From a virus: a stretch of 64,000 nt of DNA. Location: positions 141,151 to 205,150 of IMG/VR virus record IMGVR_UViG_3300000976_000009; one strand, written 5' to 3'. The position numbers were made by a program, and so were the translations under genes. Under the pieces are notes generated by a model, which saw only the letters and a list, made by a program, of their open reading frames with translations, ran no database searches and was not told the DNA's origin. Below, piece after piece: positions 57,071 through 64,000 of the stretch (position 1 is its first letter; the number at the start of each line of letters is the position of its first letter).

Positions 57071-57772
57071 ATGAGTTGGAAAAGTTTAATTTTTGCTGGT
57101 CATAATAAAGATGATGACAAAAAGAAGAAAGAACCTACTGATAATGCTCAGACTTCTTTTAAAAGTAAATTCCCGTCAAACGGTCCAATAACTGAGACTA
57201 AAACGGAAACCCCAGCGGTTGTAACTAAAACAGCACCCGCAATTACCCCAAGTAACCCAGCATGTGCACCCCATCTGGATAAAATTATGTCCATGTATGA
57301 AAAAGGCTTTGAAGGTCTTAATATGGAAGGTTTTGATTTCTATGAATTTTTTAAGATGGTTGTAGAAGGTGGTGTTGATAACCCACAAATGTATGGCATG
57401 GCATTTACTGCCGCTAAGAGTATGGGTTCAACTAAGCAGAGTTTATTAGACCAGTCTAACTATTACATAACTGAAATTCGGAAAGTTCATAACAATTATG
57501 TTATGGCTGGTGATAAAAAACGTCAAGAAGCGATTACTTCTAAAACTACGGAGGAAACGTCACTTAAAACTGAATTAATTGGTATTGATTCTGAACTAGA
57601 AAGACTAAATGATTTAAAGAAGCAAAAAGAAGCGGCTTTAAAAGATATTGATAATAAGTACGAGCCAACAATTACAGAAGTTGAATGTAAATTAATGGCA
57701 AATGACATGGCTATGGAAGGTATTGTTGGTTCCATACAAAAAGTCGTAAATGGAATAACCAACAATATATAA
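57071..57772 (+). CDS. hypothetical coiled-coil protein
   Basis: ORF after promoter. Confidence 0.7.
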   Translation: MSWKSLIFAGHNKDDDKKKKEPTDNAQTSFKSKFPSNGPITETKTETPAVVTKTAPAITPSNPACAPHLDKIMSMYEKGFEGLNMEGFDFYEFFKMVVEGGVDNPQMYGMAFTAAKSMGSTKQSLLDQSNYYITEIRKVHNNYVMAGDKKRQEAITSKTTEETSLKTELIGIDSELERLNDLKKQKEAALKDIDNKYEPTITEVECKLMANDMAMEGIVGSIQKVVNGITNNI

Positions 57773-57794
57773 CATAACTAAATTAAAAAAAAAG

Positions 57795-58892
57795 ATGAGT
57801 AATTCAAACACAAATTCGTTACCAATTATGAAGCACTTCCAAGGAGATAGTGCAATTGGTCAAACTGTTGACTCTTTCAGAAAGGGAGAGTGGTCAATTT
57901 ATACCATTTTAAAGTTAGGACTATTAGGTGCGGCTTTATATTTCTCTTGGGTATATGTATTACCACCAGTATTTATTGCAATTGGTCAAACATTAGCAAT
58001 TGTTAGTACAGGTATTATTATTGTTGCGGTTATAATTATGATGCCTTTAATTCTTAAGGGTATTCGTAGATTCACAAGATTCTTACATAAACTTATGATT
58101 AAACATGACCCATTTGCGGAATTAGAAGACCAAGAGAAGATTATGGAAGGTAATAAGAAAAAATTTGCTGTTGCTAAAGGTAAGATTCAAGACCTTAAAA
58201 ATAAAGCGCATGGTTCTTCTGTTGATGCTGAAAAAAATGCTAAACAACATGAAGATAATATTACTAGACTTCATGATAGGGCAGCTAAACTTAAGGTAGA
58301 AATTGATACTAAAGAGGCTAAAGATGATAAATTCAGAGAAACGGATGATTATATTAATTTAAGAACTGAATTACAAAAAGTTGTTTCTAAAGCTGATAGA
58401 TTAGGACACATGTTAGCCCAAGAGAAAGCATTTGTAACTAAATATGGTGCTAGATTCTTAGTTATGAAGAAAATGGGACAAAAATTAACTTGGGTTGAAG
58501 GTCAAATGGAAATTAAAATTTTAGACTTTAAAGCTACAATTGATATTCTTAAAAGAGAATATGAATTTGCTAAAGAAGCTAAAATTGCTTCAACAACAGC
58601 TAAAGATGCTATGTTTTTTACAGATGGTTGGGAAGTGGAATATGCACTAGATATTGTTACAAGTACTATTGCTGCTGACCTTTCAATTATGAATGCTAAT
58701 TTCAATGATATTGATAGCATTACTTCACTACCATTGGATTCTGATGAAATGTATGATAAATTAGAAACATTAGCAGATAGTATTCATTCGGGTGCTGACC
58801 CAGTACCTTCTGCAAAGAAGTATACTCGTCCAGATTACAAACCAACTTATGAAGATAAAACTGCTTCTGGTTTTGATGAGTCAATGTTTTAA
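57795..58892 (+). CDS. membrane-anchored coiled-coil protein, PspA-like
   Basis: two TMs then long heptad region. Confidence 0.65.
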   Translation: MSNSNTNSLPIMKHFQGDSAIGQTVDSFRKGEWSIYTILKLGLLGAALYFSWVYVLPPVFIAIGQTLAIVSTGIIIVAVIIMMPLILKGIRRFTRFLHKLMIKHDPFAELEDQEKIMEGNKKKFAVAKGKIQDLKNKAHGSSVDAEKNAKQHEDNITRLHDRAAKLKVEIDTKEAKDDKFRETDDYINLRTELQKVVSKADRLGHMLAQEKAFVTKYGARFLVMKKMGQKLTWVEGQMEIKILDFKATIDILKREYEFAKEAKIASTTAKDAMFFTDGWEVEYALDIVTSTIAADLSIMNANFNDIDSITSLPLDSDEMYDKLETLADSIHSGADPVPSAKKYTRPDYKPTYEDKTASGFDESMF

Positions 58893-59066
58893 TAGATACT
58901 AACAATGTGGGGTGCTAGCACCCCACATTTTTTTAAAAAGTAAAAAAAAAATAAAAATAATTACAAATATATTTGGTAGATACAAATAAACTTATTATAT
59001 TTGTAATGTCTTAACGAAGAGACAAAAAAACAAAAACAATTAAATTTAACATTAAAGAAAAGAAAA

Positions 59067-60896
59067 ATGGGAAAATTATTTAACAGAAAGAACCCAAATA
59101 GAGGGTTAACAACAGGACTAGAGATTATTATAGTAGTAGTCGGACTAGCCGTAGTAAGTTTTGGACTTTATAAATTCGCACCAGGTCTAATAGTTGGTGA
59201 GTCAGTAGAAATGGAAGCTATGGACCAGAATGGTGACCATATTGATAATGTAACAAATTCTACATTGTTACCAGTACCGACTAAACAAATTTCAACAGAT
59301 GTTTCTAGTAAACCTAAAGTAAGAATTGCTGGGTATGCTTGGAATGGTCAAACACCAATGATTGTTGCAAATGGTGGTCCAAAGACAACAAAGGGTTCTT
59401 TAATGGAACAAGCGGGTGTAAATTTGGAGATTATACGTCAAGATTGGTTGTCAGAGTTAAAGACAATGCAATTAAAATTCGTAGAGCAATATAACTCTGG
59501 GCAAGAATTTCCTACCTCAGACAAGTCAGCCTTTGCAATTATGATTATGGGTGATGGTGCACCATTCTATATTTCAACAATGAATAAGACGTTGGATGAA
59601 AAGTTTGGTAAAGATAAATACCATGTACAGGTAATTGGTGCTATTGGAATGTCGAATGGTGAAGATAAATTGATTGGTCCAGCAAAATGGAAAAGCAACC
59701 CTAAGACAATGGAAGGTGCATTAATTTCAACAGTGCTTGGAGATGGTGACTGGGTAACAACACTTAATTATTGTTTCGCAAATGGTCTTAAAGTAAACCC
59801 AGATATTACGACTTATGACCCAAATGCAGTGAATTTTTACCCGTCAGCTGATGATGACTATATTAATTCTGCTAAAGAATTGATTGCTTCTCAGAAAGAA
59901 GGTTTCTCAGTAGAATTGAAAGAAGTTATTGACGGCAAATTAACTGGAAATACTATTAAGAAGAAAGTTGATGGTTGTGCTACTTGGACACCAGGAGATA
60001 AGATGGTATTTGATGCTCTAACAGGATTTACAGATATTGCTTCTACAGCAGATTTCCCTAACCAAATGGCAACAACAATAATTGCGGTAAAAGAGTGGTC
60101 AATGGCTCACCCAGAAATGGTCACTAATATTTTGTCGTCAGCATTTACTGCCTCAAACCAGATGAAGCAATATAATGAATGGAGAATGGCTGGTGCTGAG
60201 GCAGTAACTACAACATTCCAAATGGAAACACCAAAATATTGGTATAATATGTACCAAGGGCAAAGTGGTTCTGATGCAAATGGTTTGTCTTACAACATGG
60301 GTGGAACTAGATGTTTAACTTATGCTGATGCTAGACAGTATTACGGATTGACAGATGGTGTAAACAGATATAAGTCTGTATACAACCAAGTTTCTAACTA
60401 CCTAACAACACTTAACCCATTTGGTTTCAACGAGTCAGTTAAGGGTGTTACACCATACTCTGAGGCTGTCAACATGTTCTTCATTAATAGTATTAGTGAT
60501 GTTGATGCGGGGGTTGTTGAAGCAGTTGATTATTCTGATGAGAAAACAGAAGTAATGGCAAGTGGTAACTGGAGTATTCAGTTTGCAACAGGAAGTAATG
60601 AAATTCAAAGTTCTTCAAATAGTGACTTAGAAAGTATTTACAACTTACTTGTACAGGCTGAACAAACTAAAGTAACGATTGTTGGTCACACAGATAACAC
60701 TGGTTCAAGTGCGGTAAATACACCATTGTCTCATGATAGAGCACAAGCAGTAGTTAATTACTTAATTGACCGTGGAATTCCTTACAACAGAATTCAAAGT
60801 GTAGATGGTAAAGGTTCTGATAACCCAATTGACACCAACGGAACAAGTAAAGGGCGTGCGAATAACCGTAGAGTTGAGATTACTTTACTACAGTAA
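59067..60896 (+). CDS. ABC substrate-binding-like domain fused to OmpA domain
   Basis: TWTP, ST.DFP.QM; VGHTDNTG..LS.DRA.AV..NRRVEI. Confidence 0.8.
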   Translation: MGKLFNRKNPNRGLTTGLEIIIVVVGLAVVSFGLYKFAPGLIVGESVEMEAMDQNGDHIDNVTNSTLLPVPTKQISTDVSSKPKVRIAGYAWNGQTPMIVANGGPKTTKGSLMEQAGVNLEIIRQDWLSELKTMQLKFVEQYNSGQEFPTSDKSAFAIMIMGDGAPFYISTMNKTLDEKFGKDKYHVQVIGAIGMSNGEDKLIGPAKWKSNPKTMEGALISTVLGDGDWVTTLNYCFANGLKVNPDITTYDPNAVNFYPSADDDYINSAKELIASQKEGFSVELKEVIDGKLTGNTIKKKVDGCATWTPGDKMVFDALTGFTDIASTADFPNQMATTIIAVKEWSMAHPEMVTNILSSAFTASNQMKQYNEWRMAGAEAVTTTFQMETPKYWYNMYQGQSGSDANGLSYNMGGTRCLTYADARQYYGLTDGVNRYKSVYNQVSNYLTTLNPFGFNESVKGVTPYSEAVNMFFINSISDVDAGVVEAVDYSDEKTEVMASGNWSIQFATGSNEIQSSSNSDLESIYNLLVQAEQTKVTIVGHTDNTGSSAVNTPLSHDRAQAVVNYLIDRGIPYNRIQSVDGKGSDNPIDTNGTSKGRANNRRVEITLLQ

Positions 60897-61040
60897 GCAT
60901 ACATAAAGATAGATATAGAAAAAGGTCTTGCAATTGCAAGACCTTTTTTTTTTTGTTTAAAATAAGTCTAAATAAATTTGGTATAATGGATTATTATTAT
61001 TATATTTGTAATCTAAATAATTAATTAAAATAAAGTAAAA

Positions 61041-61532
61041 ATGAAAAAACTATTAACATTAGCATTTGCTGTATTATTAACAGCAGTAACATTTGGACAG
61101 GACAAACAAAGTGTAATGTTCTCAACAGAAAAAGAAAAGTGTGAGGTGACACCTTATGTGGCGGCTGGTTTGTCAATGACAAATACAACTGATTTTAAAG
61201 CTAGCTCATACCCCTCTATGGAAGTAGGTGTAATGTTTGATAATATTACCATAGCTGGTGTGTTTGGTCGGAATAACTTAGCAAACTCCCAAACTAGCGG
61301 TATTGATAATTATTGGACTGAGGCAAAATTAGCTTACTCCTTCCCGTTAGGTTTTGTTGACGGTTATGGTGTTTTCGGTGTGGGGACATATTTTGGAACT
61401 AGTGGGTCATTATTTATTGAATATGGTGGTGGTGTCATGAAAAGTTTTAGTGATAATTTCGGAGGATTCATTCAAGTAAGTAATTGGGATGGGATAACAT
61501 ACCTTACACCAGGTCTTTCTTATTCATTCTAA
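61041..61532 (+). CDS. outer-membrane beta-barrel protein
   Basis: signal peptide, C-terminal YSF. Confidence 0.65.
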   Translation: MKKLLTLAFAVLLTAVTFGQDKQSVMFSTEKEKCEVTPYVAAGLSMTNTTDFKASSYPSMEVGVMFDNITIAGVFGRNNLANSQTSGIDNYWTEAKLAYSFPLGFVDGYGVFGVGTYFGTSGSLFIEYGGGVMKSFSDNFGGFIQVSNWDGITYLTPGLSYSF

Positions 61533-61542
61533 ATTAAAAAAA

Positions 61543-62310
61543 ATGAAATTATTAAAACCATTTGAGAAGTTAACTAAGAGAAAACGTCTCTTAATTGGTT
61601 TAGGTTGGTTGGCTTTAATTTTAATAATGTGGGGATTCTATTCAACTGGAGAAACCACATTGTTCCCAACACCTAAACAAGTTTGGTCTGGTATAACTGA
61701 ATTATACGCAGAAGGATTAGTTGTACATATTGCTAGTTCATTATGGCTTTGTGCAAAAGCAGTATTAATTTCAGTGATTGTTTCATTAGTATTAGTTTAT
61801 GCCTCACCAATTCCATTACTAAAACCATTAGGTACTGCAATTTCAAAATTTAGGTACTTACCGCTTACAGGTATCGCATTCTATATAACAATGTTAATTG
61901 ATGATGGTAGAGAAATACAAGTTTGGATTTTGGTGGTATTCATGAGCACATATTTAATTACCTCATTACTTTCAATGTTAAAAGATATTAAAGAAGAAGA
62001 ATTTGACCACGCAAGAGCTCTTGGTTGCTCTAGGTTTGAAATGCTTTGGGAGGTAGTTATTAAGGGTCGATTTGATTACGTAATTGAAATTATTAGACAA
62101 AACCTTGCTATTGGTTGGATGATGCTTGTAACAGTTGAGTCTATTATGGCTGCGGCTGGTGGGTTAGGATTTCTTATTAAGAATTCCGATAAATTTGGTA
62201 ACCACGGTAGAATTATTGCATTACAATTGGTTATATTATTTATTGGATTGTTCATGGATTGGGGATTAACTAAGATTAGAAAATTATTATTCAGATACTC
62301 TAAATTTTAA
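61543..62310 (+). CDS. ABC transporter permease (SsuC/TauC-like)
   Basis: LFPTP, ARALG EAA loop, VE..GGLGF. Confidence 0.88.
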   Translation: MKLLKPFEKLTKRKRLLIGLGWLALILIMWGFYSTGETTLFPTPKQVWSGITELYAEGLVVHIASSLWLCAKAVLISVIVSLVLVYASPIPLLKPLGTAISKFRYLPLTGIAFYITMLIDDGREIQVWILVVFMSTYLITSLLSMLKDIKEEEFDHARALGCSRFEMLWEVVIKGRFDYVIEIIRQNLAIGWMMLVTVESIMAAAGGLGFLIKNSDKFGNHGRIIALQLVILFIGLFMDWGLTKIRKLLFRYSKF

Positions 62311-62313
62311 AAT

Positions 62314-63131
62314 ATGTCATACGAATTAAAAGATACAATTTTATACCTTGACAATGTAGAGTTAGGGTATGGTGAAGGGCATGACTATAAATGTGTTCTT
62401 AAAAATATTAACCTTGAAGAAAAAGATGTTGTTAGAGAAGGGTATACAACAGGACAAGTAATTGCAGTTGTAGGTCGCTCTGGAAGAGGTAAGTCAACAT
62501 TATTTAAAGCTCTAACTGGGTTAGTCAAACCAAAAAGTGGTCAAGTCCTTATTACTGAATTAGATACTGAGGATGTAACAGATGCTAAAGATGTTTCTGA
62601 GGGTGATGTTGGGTTCGTTGACCAAAAATACACACTTTTTAGACATAAGACTGTTGAACAAATATTCAAATATGCATTAAGAAAGTCTAAGTTAACAAAA
62701 GACCAAAAGAAATTAACAATTGCTAAATATCTTGGTGAATGGGGTCTAGAAAAACATAAGGACCAATACCCAAACGAATTATCTGGTGGTCAGAGACAGA
62801 GAACTGCAATTATTGAACAGATATTATCTTCTGGACATTTTCTGGTTTGGATGTTGGTAATATTAGAGATGTTAAGCGGTCATTTGAATTAATTAAAAAT
62901 GACCATGAGTTAAATACTATAATTTACTCAACACATGAATTAAGACTTGCAGCTGAATTAGCCGATAGCATTTACGTTGTAGGTCACCCAACTATAGATG
63001 GTGTACAACAAGAATATGCTACAATAGTTAAACATTTTGATTTAAAAGCAATGGGTTTAGCTTGGCAAGAATTTGGACCAAGACATATTGAGTTAGTTAA
63101 AGAGATTGATGCAGCAATGATGGCTTCATAG
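62314..63131 (+). pseudogene. ABC transporter ATPase, frameshifted at Walker B
   Basis: GRSGRGKST, LSGGQRQR; DEP missing; other frame resumes FSGLDVGN..STHE. Confidence 0.8.
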
Positions 63132-63205
63132 TATTTAACTATAACACTTAAGCAAAAAGTCTCCAAAATGCGGAGACTTTTTTGTTATTGTAGATATTTA
63201 TAGAT

Positions 63206-63491
63206 ATGAAAACAAGTAATTTAATAACAGAAACTGATGAAGAAGGAAGTAAACAGAAAAAAGATAGCAACCTTGGTTCTAATGACAGCGATGTTTCTGA
63301 ACCCGCTCGGTTACGATGCACTATTTTATATGGTATTGAAGGCGACAGGGAATTCTTATGTAATTACTACAAGTATTTTCTACCTACTATCTCTATCATT
63401 ATTTGGTCTATATTGTTACTTAATTAAAAGTAATCCATTCACTTGGATTAAAAAACAATTTAAAAACCTTATTGAAAGATTTAAGAAGTGA
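63206..63491 (+). CDS. overlapping small ORFs; 63237-63491 is a membrane protein
   Basis: ATATTTATA upstream; hydrophobic segments in second frame. Confidence 0.45.
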
Positions 63492-63544
63492 AACTTCAAA
63501 CCCTTGATTTATAGGAATAAAAATTGTATATTATAAATAAGATT

Positions 63545-63889
63545 ATGAAATTTGACTTTGATAGATATAAAAATCGTAGGTTCCACAAGAATGATGACAT
63601 TGATAAAAAGGTCAAAGCATCATTCTTGTATTATGATTATCAAGTAATTGAAAAGAAATTAAAATTACCAGAACAATTAACTTTGTTAGATGATTGGATA
63701 ATAAAATTTAAAGAGCATGAATTATACGAGGTAATCCCAATGTTTAAATTAAGACGTGCAGTAGTGGTAAAGCAAATTATTAATCATAACCATGAAAAGA
63801 TGTCAATGGTTGAAGACATAGTACCAAGTTTTCCAGAAAAATGGGTAAAAGTGAAAAAGTTTTTCAAAAATCCATTTAATAGAAAATAA
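63545..63889 (+). CDS. hypothetical protein
   Basis: ORF. Confidence 0.55.
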   Translation: MKFDFDRYKNRRFHKNDDIDKKVKASFLYYDYQVIEKKLKLPEQLTLLDDWIIKFKEHELYEVIPMFKLRRAVVVKQIINHNHEKMSMVEDIVPSFPEKWVKVKKFFKNPFNRK

Positions 63890-64000
63890 AATCGTATATT
63901 TGCAATAAGAAAAAAAATTAACATGAGTAATAATTTTGACGACCTATCTGATGACTTCTTAGGTGAAGGAAAGGATAAAAAAAAATCAGACGAGACTAAT

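Noticed and set aside
1-64000. Genome-wide TAG or TGA reassignment
   Set aside because: Long ORFs are intact in the standard code and several genes end normally in TAG or TGA; recoding looks local

Overview
AT-rich, almost entirely plus-strand segment of what is most likely a jumbo phage infecting Bacteroidota. The evidence is many TTG-N19/20-TAnnTTTG promoters, no Shine-Dalgarno sites, T4-like DNA/RNA ligases, HNH genes and many ORFans. The window is dominated by translation-rescue and RNA-repair functions: ClpP, tmRNA, a release-factor-like gene, two Pth2-like hydrolases, CCA-adding enzyme, minimal HisRS, Rnl1/Rnl2 ligases, kinase-2H phosphoesterase, an SRP-like RNA, about 45 tRNAs and many aberrant tRNA-like RNAs. 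Main candidate new system: three tRNA operons (13.2, 42.7, 46.4 kb) each sit behind a leader-peptide/antiterminator/terminator attenuator whose codons match the tRNAs downstream, so they may be transcribed only when the matching host tRNAs run short. Two rescue genes look gated by stop codons: a release factor with in-frame TGA plus a CTT-TAG-C +1 shift site, and a Pth2 with TAG at codon 4 right after a CTA-anticodon tRNA. Other RNA oddities are a six-member stem-CAGCAA family (including a circularly permuted tRNA), 51-nt kissing-loop mini-RNAs and topologically rearranged tRNA-Ile genes. All calls are by-eye motif and pairing recognition; no searches were run.
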